A DNA stretch of 64,000 bases from an uncultured Eubacteriales bacterium (lineage in GTDB: Bacteria; Bacillota; Clostridia; Oscillospirales; UBA644), in NCBI GenBank assembly GCA_934454405.1, contig CAKSFN010000004.1:84854-148853 (forward strand), given 5' to 3'. Positions 18,822 through 27,279 of this stretch are shown here, one piece after another. The notes below the pieces were generated by a model. It was not told the DNA's origin, did no database searches, and was given only the letters and a program-made list of their open reading frames with translations. Every line of letters starts with the position of its first letter. Within the stretch, counting starts at the first letter, position 1. The position numbers and the translations under genes were made by a program.

Positions 18822-20459
18822 ATGAAACCCGAAACGGTGCTTGGAATGAAATGCGGAGAAGAACCAAAGGTAAAATTGCAGGAGTGGCTTAAGGAATATG
18901 CAGCCATTGCGGCGGAGTTTCCGAGTGCAGAAGATTTGGCGGAAAAACTTTCAAAGCGTGCCGAAAAAGCCTGTACGCTTATCCTTGAGCGCAACAATCC
19001 GAAGCCGTTCTCGTCGCTGCACGATGATATGTATTATATTGAGATGGCAAAGATCATGGACGACGAGAACGCATCTCTTGACGGCAAATTTCCACTCGGA
19101 AGTGAACCTGACGCTGAATTTGCAGGCTGTTATTTTTCCGTTTCGGAGCTTGTCGAGATTCAGTGCGGACTGCACCATTTGATCGCCGCCGGGAGCTTTA
19201 ACGGATATAACTTCGATGTGCTGGTACGCAAGGGCTTTCTTGCCGAGCTGAACGGCGACTTTCCCGAAGCGGTGCGCTGCTATGAGGGCGTACCGACAAG
19301 CAAGAGCGTGCAGAAGCGTGAATACGAATGCCGCCGCAAAATGGCGGACGAGGGCACACGGTGCTATGAACAGGCGCAAGAACACATGGAAAGCGGCAAG
19401 TGGAGCGAGGTGTTTTATCCGTTGAACCGTGCCGCCGATATGGGCAATACCGACGCCATGGTGGATCTTGCCCTTGCCCGTGTATACGGCCAGTACGGCT
19501 GCGCAAAGGATTTGCAGGAAGCCCTCACGCTTCTGCGTACAGCGGCGAAGAAGGAAAATGCCCGCGCCTGCTTTGCGCTATGTCATTTACACGACAGCAG
19601 CGTATACGAGGTGGAGGCTCATGAAGCCAAAAAAATGTGCGAAAAGGCAGCAAGGCTCGGAGATGAAAAGGCAAAGATGCGGCTTGCCGATGGCTTTGAC
19701 CTCCGCCCTCTCCGTGAAATTTTGCTCGAGCAGATTGACAAAGGCAATACTGGCGCCCTTTGGCAGATGGCACAGTTTTGCAAAAAGGAAAACGATGAGA
19801 CCGGTGCCGCCGAGTGGTTTAACAAAGCCATCGAAGCCGGGCAGATTGACGCTCTGTTAAGTGCAGCCTCGGTCTATTTGGATAAGAACAGCGGGTTTTA
19901 CAACGAAGGGCTTGCCCGTCAATATCTTCGTCGTGCTGTCGATCAGGGCAGTATACCAGCGATTATAGTTCTCGGTGATTTGGAACTTACAGATACGGAT
20001 ATTCCATTTTGGCAACAAGCGGCACAGCTTCGGGATTTGGAGTTTTCTGATAAAAAGCCCAAAAGGAAGATACGGGAGCAGCACAAAAAGCAGATGGCGT
20101 GGTATTGTCTCGCTGCCGAAGCGGGCGACACCGATGCAATGAATGCGCTTAGTATGGCATATCATCTCGGCTATCCCGAAAAGCGTGACGATGAGCGGGC
20201 GTTTTTGTGGGCTTCCCGCGGAGCCGACGCAGGCGACGGTTCGGCAATGTATCAAACGGCGTATTTATATGAAAACGGCTTTGGAACCGACAGGGATATT
20301 GATGCGGCGCTTATGCTCTATACAGAAGCCGCCGAACAGGGCGTGCGCTCGGCTATGATAAGGCTTTATGAGATATACACCGAAGGTCTTTTACATATTC
20401 GGCCTGACGGTAAAAAAGCGGCGCATTATCTATGGCTTTCGGGCGAAGGACGGGACTAA
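18822..20459 (+). CDS. Sel1-repeat (SLR/TPR-like) protein (545 aa)
   Basis: ATG at 18822 lies 7 nt after AAAGGAGG. Multiple Sel1 repeats, e.g. AAEAGDTDAMNALSMAYHLGYPEKRDDERAFLWASRGADAGDGSAMYQTAYLYENGFGTDRDIDAAL. Confidence 0.8.
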   Translation: MKPETVLGMKCGEEPKVKLQEWLKEYAAIAAEFPSAEDLAEKLSKRAEKACTLILERNNPKPFSSLHDDMYYIEMAKIMDDENASLDGKFPLGSEPDAEFAGCYFSVSELVEIQCGLHHLIAAGSFNGYNFDVLVRKGFLAELNGDFPEAVRCYEGVPTSKSVQKREYECRRKMADEGTRCYEQAQEHMESGKWSEVFYPLNRAADMGNTDAMVDLALARVYGQYGCAKDLQEALTLLRTAAKKENARACFALCHLHDSSVYEVEAHEAKKMCEKAARLGDEKAKMRLADGFDLRPLREILLEQIDKGNTGALWQMAQFCKKENDETGAAEWFNKAIEAGQIDALLSAASVYLDKNSGFYNEGLARQYLRRAVDQGSIPAIIVLGDLELTDTDIPFWQQAAQLRDLEFSDKKPKRKIREQHKKQMAWYCLAAEAGDTDAMNALSMAYHLGYPEKRDDERAFLWASRGADAGDGSAMYQTAYLYENGFGTDRDIDAALMLYTEAAEQGVRSAMIRLYEIYTEGLLHIRPDGKKAAHYLWLSGEGRD

Positions 20460-20474
20460 GGAGATAAAAATAAA

Positions 20475-20768
20475 ATGAAACTTAAAATCAAGGAAACGGC
20501 TTGGGGAATCAACCGAGTGGCGGGAGGCTACCGTGAAAGAGTTACCGCCAATTTATGTTTTCCCTGTGAAGTCGGAGAGATCCCCGAGTTCGGAAAAGGC
20601 AGGCGGCATTTTTCCATCGACGAGGTAAGCGAAACATCCGTCAGCCTTTCGGTACACTGCGCCGATCCGAAATATAACAAAACATGGACAATCAACAAGG
20701 GTGAAGAAATAACCTATCGACCGCGCTCTTTTGACGGCGGGTATTTCTATGAATTTAAACTGATTTAG
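20475..20768 (+). CDS. Hypothetical small protein (97 aa)
   Basis: 15-nt gap after the upstream gene. Positional counterpart of ORF 10900-11274, with weak similarity by eye (SV..SV...........G......DG..F). Confidence 0.55.
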   Translation: MKLKIKETAWGINRVAGGYRERVTANLCFPCEVGEIPEFGKGRRHFSIDEVSETSVSLSVHCADPKYNKTWTINKGEEITYRPRSFDGGYFYEFKLI

Positions 20769-20779
20769 GAGGTACGGCT

Positions 20780-21325
20780 ATGAATGCGATCGGAATCAAA
20801 ATAAAAAAAGCGGATGGAAATCACGACCCCGGTGCCAGTAAATTTTTCGGTGCGCCGGTACTTCCCGACGGGTGGGCGGAAATGTTTTCCGAGGACATTA
20901 TCTTCTTCGGGCAGATACGGCTTTCGGATATCGCAGAGCTTGACACGGAAAACAAGCTGCCGCATACGGGCTATCTTTATCTTTTCCTCGATGTTGAGAT
21001 GTATCCCTATCAGGCGATGGCGTATTATTATGACGGCGAGCCGAATGTCGTTGTGGATGATTTCAACGAAGCGGAAGTGCAGTTTGCTCATTTGAATGAG
21101 GATTGGCTCATGAGCTTTGAGCCTGCCGATGAAGATTTTGACGGAACCCGCTTGTTCGGTGTTCCGTCCTCCGGCTATGAAACAGACGAGGATCTGCTGC
21201 TGCAATTCGATCCGCTGGCAGAAAGCACTGGCTTTCTCGACAATATCGACGGCTACGCCTATTTCTTCTTCGGCGAGGGCAAGGATCGCATTAACGGTAT
21301 CCGCTTCGACATTGACCGTTCATAA
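20780..21325 (+). CDS. DUF1963 (YwqG-like) family protein, second copy
   Basis: LPHTGYLYLFLD and the C-terminal DGYAYFFFGEGKDRINGIRF match the same signature as ORF 11294-11887. Confidence 0.65.
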   Translation: MNAIGIKIKKADGNHDPGASKFFGAPVLPDGWAEMFSEDIIFFGQIRLSDIAELDTENKLPHTGYLYLFLDVEMYPYQAMAYYYDGEPNVVVDDFNEAEVQFAHLNEDWLMSFEPADEDFDGTRLFGVPSSGYETDEDLLLQFDPLAESTGFLDNIDGYAYFFFGEGKDRINGIRFDIDRS

Positions 21326-21339
21326 AAGGGAGTTTATAT

Positions 21340-22635
21340 ATGGAACGGTATTTTGCAAAAGGCAGCAGGATCCCGCTGAAAAACGGGCAGTCGGCAGAGG
21401 TGATTGCAAAACTCGGCGAGGGCGGGCAAGGCACGGTATACCGTGTGCGTATCGGCGGAAAAGAATATGCGCTGAAATGGTATCATAAAGGCACCTTGCA
21501 GAATCCCCGCCGCTTTTATCAGAATCTTGAAAACAATATTCGGCAGGGTGCGCCCTCACCCGCCTTTCTGTGGCCGGAATTTCTGACAAAGGAAAGGGAC
21601 GGCAGCTTTGGCTATGTCATGAAGCTGCGCCCGTCAAATTACAGGGAGTTTTCGGATTTCCTGCTGGCAAAGGTGCATTTTTCCTCTCTGTCGGCGGCGG
21701 CAGGTGCGGCGCTGAATATCACCAACGGCTTTCGGGAGCTGCACCGGAAAGGCTTTTCCTATCAGGATCTGAACGACGGAAACTTCTTTCTTGATCCGAC
21801 GACCGGCGAGGCGCTCATCTGCGACAACGACAATGTGGCGCCCTACGGAGAGAGCCTCGGCATTGCCGGGAAAGCACGGTATATGGCGCCGGAGGTGGTG
21901 CGGAATATCAAGCGTCCGGATATCATGAGCGACCGGTTTTCTCTGGCGGTTGTGCTGTTCCGCCTTTTGTTTCTCGATCACCCGCTGGAGGGGAAGCGTG
22001 TGGTGGAGCACCCCTGCCTGACCGAGGAATTGGAGCTGAAATTTTACGGCAAAGCACCGATTTTTATATATGATAAAACGGACGATTCAAACCGCCCGGT
22101 GCACGGTATACACGCAAATGCCCTGCGCTTTTGGCCGGTGTATCCGAAATTCATTCGTGAGCAGTTCCTAAAAGCATTTTCCAAGGACGCCATGAGCGGA
22201 AAGGCGCTCCGCCCCACCGATAACGATTGGCAGATCGTCTTTACGCAGCTTCGTGACTGCATTGTCAAATGTCCCTGCGGCGGAGAAACATTTCTCGATT
22301 TTGAGGGCGACAGCCTGTGCATAAATTGCGGCCTTAAAATTCCGAAACCGCCTGTGTTATCGTCGCAGAATCGCTATAAGGTTGCCCTGTTCCCCGGAAT
22401 AAAGCTCTACCGCTGTCACACCGACCGGGACAGCGATGATTTTAAGAAAATTGTCGGCGAGGTTATACGCAATCCTAAAAATCCTGCCATATGGGGGCTT
22501 CGCAATCTCAGCGATGAGGCTTGGCAGGCCGAAACCAAGGACGGCAATGTAAAAACAATCGGCAAAAACGAGGTACTGGTCGTAACAAAAGCAAAACAGA
22601 TTCATTTCCCGAACTGTATCGGGACCATCGAATAA
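21340..22635 (+). CDS. Ser/Thr protein kinase with a C-terminal zinc ribbon and FHA-like domain (TerY-P kinase-like)
   Basis: Gly loop GEGGQGTVY, Lys in YALKW, catalytic loop SYQDLNDGNFF, CDNDN (DFG-equivalent) and RYMAPEV. These are followed by CPCGG...CINCG and a beta-rich tail (GLRNLSDEAWQAETKDGNVKTIGKNEVLVV). Confidence 0.8.
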   Translation: MERYFAKGSRIPLKNGQSAEVIAKLGEGGQGTVYRVRIGGKEYALKWYHKGTLQNPRRFYQNLENNIRQGAPSPAFLWPEFLTKERDGSFGYVMKLRPSNYREFSDFLLAKVHFSSLSAAAGAALNITNGFRELHRKGFSYQDLNDGNFFLDPTTGEALICDNDNVAPYGESLGIAGKARYMAPEVVRNIKRPDIMSDRFSLAVVLFRLLFLDHPLEGKRVVEHPCLTEELELKFYGKAPIFIYDKTDDSNRPVHGIHANALRFWPVYPKFIREQFLKAFSKDAMSGKALRPTDNDWQIVFTQLRDCIVKCPCGGETFLDFEGDSLCINCGLKIPKPPVLSSQNRYKVALFPGIKLYRCHTDRDSDDFKKIVGEVIRNPKNPAIWGLRNLSDEAWQAETKDGNVKTIGKNEVLVVTKAKQIHFPNCIGTIE

Positions 22636-22649
22636 GGAGGCTTTTAAAA

Positions 22650-23381
22650 ATGGCAAATATATATGAAGGCGCAGTGGAGGTTTCCCGCAGAACCATGACC
22701 CTTTTCTTTATGGTTGATGCATCCGGCAGTATGGACGGAGCGAAAATGGGGACACTTAACTCTGCAATTGAAGAAGTCATTCCCGAAATCCGCAAAATAT
22801 CCGCCGAAAATGCCGACGCAGCCATAAAAATCGCTGTGCTGGAATTTTCAAGCGGCACAAGATGGATAACCCCCGCTCCGATGGACGCGGAGGACTTCAC
22901 ATGGAGCTTTCTCACTGCCGACGGACTGACCGATTTCGGCGCGGCCTGCAAACAGCTTAACGAAAAGCTGTCCCGCAAGGCATTTATGAGTGATGTAGCA
23001 GGCTCCTTTGCCCCTGCAATATTTCTGCTTTCTGACGGAGAACCGACCGACGAATATGCTTCCGAGCTGTCAAAGCTGAAGGAAAACAACTGGTTCAAAA
23101 AGGCCATTAAGGTTGCGGTGGCCATCGGCGAGGACGCCAATAAAGCCGTACTTGCCGAATTTACAGGCAACAAGGAAGCGGTGCTTACGGTGCATACGCC
23201 CGAGGCTCTCACAAAAATGATACGCTTTGTTTCGGTTACGGCGTCACAGATCGGATCGAAGTCCAGCGGAGTCGGTAAAGGCGGCGTGGACGAAGCCGCA
23301 AACAAGCAGGACGAAATGATCGACAAAATAAACGAGGTCAAGGCCGCCGAGCCGGATGACGACGGTGATCTGGAATGGTAA
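22650..23381 (+). CDS. von Willebrand factor A (vWA) domain protein, TerY-like
   Basis: ATG at 22650 after AAGGAGG. MIDAS motif FFMVDASGSMDG. Length (243 aa) and the LLSDGEPTD motif fit TerY-type vWA proteins. Confidence 0.8.
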   Translation: MANIYEGAVEVSRRTMTLFFMVDASGSMDGAKMGTLNSAIEEVIPEIRKISAENADAAIKIAVLEFSSGTRWITPAPMDAEDFTWSFLTADGLTDFGAACKQLNEKLSRKAFMSDVAGSFAPAIFLLSDGEPTDEYASELSKLKENNWFKKAIKVAVAIGEDANKAVLAEFTGNKEAVLTVHTPEALTKMIRFVSVTASQIGSKSSGVGKGGVDEAANKQDEMIDKINEVKAAEPDDDGDLEW

Positions 23382-24274
23382 CCGATTATCGGGCGTTTGG
23401 TATGACGGTGATCGGCGCTTCCCACATAAAAAGCGGCATGGTTTGTCAGGATTTTTCCTTAAGCTGCGAATTGCCCGACCGCAGAATTTCCGTCGTATGT
23501 GACGGTCACGGAGGAGCCGATTATTTCCGCTCGGACAGGGGCAGCCGCTTTGCCGCGGAAGCCTTTACCGAATGTATGAAGGATCCCGATGTCATAAGTG
23601 TCCTTTCGGCGGCCGCCACCCAAAAACAGCAGTCCGGTCGCATAGAACAGCTCATAAAAAGCATTATTGCCCGCTGGAACGAGCTTGTGGAACGGGACAT
23701 AAAGGAACATTCCTTCGGCGAGGATGAACTAAGCGGCGTATCGGGAAAGGCGCGAAAAAGATACGAAACAGGACAGCGCCTGCAATCGGCATACGGCACG
23801 ACCCTTATCGGCGTTATACTTACCGAGAATTTCTGGCTCGGTTTGCAGATCGGCGACGGAAAATGCGTTGCCGTATCAAAAGACGGCGAATTTACACAGC
23901 CCATTCCGTGGGATGAGCAGTGCTTTTTGAATGTCACCACATCGATATGCGATGAAAATGCCGCCAAGGAGTTCCGCTTTTGTTTTGAACGCACTCTTCC
24001 CGCCGCCGTATTCATCGGCAGCGACGGAATCGACGACTGCTTTGCCGGAGATGAGAGGCTGTATGATTTTTACCGCCTGACCCTCAGGTCTTTTGCCCAA
24101 ACAAACGATCAAACCGCCGTCTCGCAATTAAAAGATTATTTGCCGACCCTTTCGGAAAAAGGCAGCGGAGATGATATGTCGGTTGGGATTATTGTCAATA
24201 CGGATTTTGCACGTCAAAAGCCGGCGGCTTTTGAAAAATCGCAAAAGGCTTCCCAAAACGAGGTGACACCATGA
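23375..24274 (+). CDS. PP2C-family Ser/Thr protein phosphatase
   Basis: ATGGTAA overlap with the vWA stop. Motifs VVCDGHGG, TTLIGVIL and FIGSDGIDD are PP2C metal-binding motifs. Confidence 0.8.
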   Translation: MVTDYRAFGMTVIGASHIKSGMVCQDFSLSCELPDRRISVVCDGHGGADYFRSDRGSRFAAEAFTECMKDPDVISVLSAAATQKQQSGRIEQLIKSIIARWNELVERDIKEHSFGEDELSGVSGKARKRYETGQRLQSAYGTTLIGVILTENFWLGLQIGDGKCVAVSKDGEFTQPIPWDEQCFLNVTTSICDENAAKEFRFCFERTLPAAVFIGSDGIDDCFAGDERLYDFYRLTLRSFAQTNDQTAVSQLKDYLPTLSEKGSGDDMSVGIIVNTDFARQKPAAFEKSQKASQNEVTP

Positions 24275-25224
24275 AGGATAACGGCTCCAGGTTTTATTAT
24301 TCCCGTCTGACAGACGGTGAGAAAAATCTATATGATCGGATATGCGAGGCGCTTCTTCGCTTTGAACCTGCCCTGTCCATCCACGCCGGTATGGGCAAGG
24401 CCTTTACGGTAGATACCAAAAAGATCATGACCGCTGTACTGTTTGACAATCCGGTTTTTTTCTATCTTAATCGACATCGGGTAGTCACCAAGCAGACGCC
24501 GATGTATATTCAACTCATCTTTCAGTATGATTACGCAAAAGAAGAAGCCGAGCAGCTATGGGCAGAGGTAGAAAGGAAAGTAGATCTGTTTATAAAGAAC
24601 AGTATAAAGCCGGATATGAGTCCCCTCGCAAAGCAGCTTAAGGTGCATAATTTTCTGTACACCATTCACACGGCCGAGGAGCCGTTTGACAGCGACTGCT
24701 TTTCGGTAGTCGGTGCATTGCTCCGCGATCGGTGCGTCTGCGAAGGATTCGCCAAGGCATATAAACTGCTGTGCGACAGACTTGGAATCGCCTCAATTGT
24801 GGTTGTAGGAGAGGCTTTACACGAAAACGGGCGGCGGGAGCCTCATTCCTGGAATATCACCCGTATAAAAGGTGTAACCGCCCATACCGATGCAGCCTGG
24901 GACTCCCGTTTCGGCGGAGCGGCTTATGATTATTTTAATCTGTGCGATGCCGACATTGCCGCCGATCACTGCTTTGATACCGAGCTTTATCCGAAATGCG
25001 ATCCCAATAAAATCAACTATTTCTATAAAAACCGACTGATTGCGCGGGACGAGGACGAACTGCGAAAAATAATAGCCGACCGAGCGGACGAGCCTTACTA
25101 CTCGGTCAAGCTGCTGTTTCCGTTTTCAAAAGAGCGCCTTGACGAATTTTCCTTTGGTATAGGTGTGCTTCGCTATAACGCCGCCCAAAATATCATCGGA
25201 TTTATCAAGGCTATGACAGAATAG
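24271..25224 (+). CDS. Transglutaminase-like cysteine protease superfamily protein
   Basis: ATGA overlap with the upstream gene. Cys in RCVCEGFAKAYKLLC, His in EPHSWNI and Asp in HTDAAWD give a C-H-D triad in canonical order and spacing. Confidence 0.75.
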   Translation: MKDNGSRFYYSRLTDGEKNLYDRICEALLRFEPALSIHAGMGKAFTVDTKKIMTAVLFDNPVFFYLNRHRVVTKQTPMYIQLIFQYDYAKEEAEQLWAEVERKVDLFIKNSIKPDMSPLAKQLKVHNFLYTIHTAEEPFDSDCFSVVGALLRDRCVCEGFAKAYKLLCDRLGIASIVVVGEALHENGRREPHSWNITRIKGVTAHTDAAWDSRFGGAAYDYFNLCDADIAADHCFDTELYPKCDPNKINYFYKNRLIARDEDELRKIIADRADEPYYSVKLLFPFSKERLDEFSFGIGVLRYNAAQNIIGFIKAMTE

Positions 25225-25246
25225 ACCTATAAACGGGAGGTATACT

Positions 25247-25903
25247 ATGCCCATTTCCCAAGAGGAATTAAACAGAATCGTAAAGCTTCACGGCATTATT
25301 GAAGGCCATAAGGAGCACAGCCACGCAGCGCCCACCTATAAAGACAGTCCTTATCTTGCCGAAATGGCGCAAATTGCGCTTGCTCCCCGTGATCACGATA
25401 TAGAAACGCTGGAAGAGATCATTCCGACGCTTTGGTATCTTACCGAATGTTATGACAAAATGTGCCGTGCGGGAATGTCGGTGAAATTTTACACACCGCA
25501 GCTTCAAGCTCATACAGAGCTTATGAAACTCAGAGAATATGACAGTGAGGACATGGAAGGGTTTGAAAACTGTTTTTATCTGGCGGTCAAAGCAAGAAAT
25601 TATTATGAACCTGACGATTGCCCTGACCTTGTCGCAATCGTGTCCGGCAGTCTGCCGGATGAAAGAATCCGTGAATTGCTTCTCTCGGCGCAGGAAAACC
25701 GACGGGGATTCATCAAAAACGATCCTGTTGAGAAAACGGAGAAATACCTTGCGGTGATTGACAAGGTGGAGGAAAAGATAGAAAAAACCAAACAGATGGA
25801 TTTCTGTCTGGAATACTGGAGTTTAAAAGCTCGGTTCTTGTTTGAATACGGCATCCTCTGGCGCTCCCCGACCCAGCTCAACCCCGGTGTAATGTTTGAT
25901 TAA
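25247..25903 (+). CDS. Hypothetical protein (218 aa), last gene of the cargo operon
   Basis: GGGAGG RBS. Followed by a terminator 18 nt downstream. No family recognised. Confidence 0.55.
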   Translation: MPISQEELNRIVKLHGIIEGHKEHSHAAPTYKDSPYLAEMAQIALAPRDHDIETLEEIIPTLWYLTECYDKMCRAGMSVKFYTPQLQAHTELMKLREYDSEDMEGFENCFYLAVKARNYYEPDDCPDLVAIVSGSLPDERIRELLLSAQENRRGFIKNDPVEKTEKYLAVIDKVEEKIEKTKQMDFCLEYWSLKARFLFEYGILWRSPTQLNPGVMFD

Positions 25904-25920
25904 GTCAATAAGCGTTTTTG

Positions 25921-25949
25921 GCGTCGGTCACCTTGACCGGCGCTTTTTT
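25921..25949 (+). terminator. Rho-independent terminator of the cargo operon
   Basis: GCGTCGGTCA-CCT-TGACCGGCGC (one G-U pair) followed by TTTTTT. Confidence 0.75.
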
Positions 25950-25973
25950 GTCGCCGTAGCGGTGACCAAATTC
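25950..25973 (+). repeat. Conserved stem-loop motif, copy 3: GTCGCC-GTAGC-GGTGAC-CAAATTC
   Basis: Read directly, abutting the terminator U-tract. The G4:T14 pair is a G-U wobble on + strand RNA. Confidence 0.7.
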
Positions 25974-26246
25974 ATTCTCAAAAACTTTATAATAATAATC
26001 GTAAAAGAGGATATGCTTAGGACGGTAGCAAATCCGCCGGATAATTATTTCAATTCGGCAGGATAAGTGCGCCTGAATTTCCGTAAAAGCCTGTTTTTAC
26101 ATCAAATCCGTCTATTTTGACTTGTTCAAAATGGGCGGATTTTATTTGTTGGAGGAAGTCTTATGTTTATGAGGTGTCGCTAATACTGTCCTAAAGTATA
26201 ACTGTAAAAACATTTTTGTTTCTGTCGGCTGCCGCAGCCCTCCGTA

Positions 26247-26279
26247 TCAATCGTTTTTGACCTAACAAAAAACGATTGA
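26247..26279. repeat. Inverted repeat TCAATCGTTTTT-N9-AAAAACGATTGA upstream of the sigma-like gene
   Basis: 12-bp perfect arms ending 4 nt before the GGAGG RBS of ORF 26296. Could be an operator or a translational hairpin. Confidence 0.7.
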
Positions 26280-26295
26280 ACGGAGGTACATAACC

Positions 26296-26805
26296 TTGAA
26301 CAAACAACCCAAAGCGGTTTATATCATAGAAAACGGCGGGTACACGGAACTGACCTATGAGGAATTCCTTCGCCGTGAGCAAATCTGCCCGTTATATGCG
26401 GACAAGCTGTTCCTGCCTTTGTACGGCAGTCTGATGGAGGTATCCAAAGAGGATTATGAGGAATATTACCGTCAGCGGAATCGTCAAATCTATATTGACA
26501 GACGCGCATCAAGAAACGGCGATGTTTCCTACAACGCTCTGAGCACCGATGAATTTAACGGCGAGGATATTCTCATAGCAGAGCAGCCGGATGTATGCGA
26601 CACCGTAGTGGAAAGCATTATGACGGACAAGCTCAGGAAAGCCATCCTCAAGCTGACTGATGAGGAACAGCTTCTCATCTACCGCCACTATTACGCCGAT
26701 ATTCCCGGCACTGAGCTTGCGGAAATCTACGGCGTATCTCAGCAGGCAATCAGCAAGCGGATCGCCAAAATCAGAGTAAAGCTCAAAAATCTTTTAGAAA
26801 AATAA
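26296..26805 (+). CDS. Sigma-70 family region-4 (HTH) protein typical of Firmicute conjugative transposons
   Basis: TTG start 8 nt after GGAGG. The C-terminal LTDEEQLLIYRHYYADIPGTELAEIYGVSQQAISKRIAKIRVKLKNLL is a sigma region 4.2 HTH. Confidence 0.7.
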   Translation: MNKQPKAVYIIENGGYTELTYEEFLRREQICPLYADKLFLPLYGSLMEVSKEDYEEYYRQRNRQIYIDRRASRNGDVSYNALSTDEFNGEDILIAEQPDVCDTVVESIMTDKLRKAILKLTDEEQLLIYRHYYADIPGTELAEIYGVSQQAISKRIAKIRVKLKNLLEK

Positions 26806-26820
26806 AAATTTCGGTTGTAG

Positions 26821-26861
26821 GCCCCCTCACTTTTTACCATGAAAAGTGAGGGGGCTTTCTC
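26821..26861 (+). terminator. Rho-independent terminator after the sigma-like gene
   Basis: GCCCCCTCACTTT-loop-AAAGTGAGGGGGC followed by TTTCTC. Confidence 0.7.
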
Positions 26862-27279
26862 AATAGCCTCCGCCCGTTCTTTGAAAACCGAATAGCACAG
26901 CGCATTCTTTACCTTCCTTCTGCCGTCGGCGAGAGCCGATGAGCCACACGACCTTTTGAGTCGGACGGTGCGGCGCATCCGCACCGAAGGCCATAAAAAG
27001 CAGAAGCAATAATGATACTTGCGTCCAGTCACAGGCCGAGCGTTGAAGCGGTACGAACAAAGAGCCGTAAGCCGTCGCAGCCAATGAGGGCGCCTCGCAG
27101 AGATCCTGGGAGTGGTGGGATTCCAATGAGGTCAAATGCATGACCGGAGGATGCGTTCCCTTGTCCGGGGTGTCGTGGACAAATACGGACAGAAAAAAGA
27201 ACGATTGATACAAAGACAATACAAGGCGGTCATTTGCCCAAAAGCACACGGCCGCCTTTTACTTAATACGGAGGCTAAT

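Noticed and set aside
26923-26990. Hammerhead-ribozyme-like string (CCGAUGAG ... GAAG) and a GAGCCGTA string (27063) resembling the start of group II intron domain V.
   Set aside because: The hammerhead core would need CUGAUGA (here C replaces the conserved U), and I could not build stems I-III. The GAGCCGTA string has no complementary 3' half to form domain V. I treat the region only as an unexplained structured leader.
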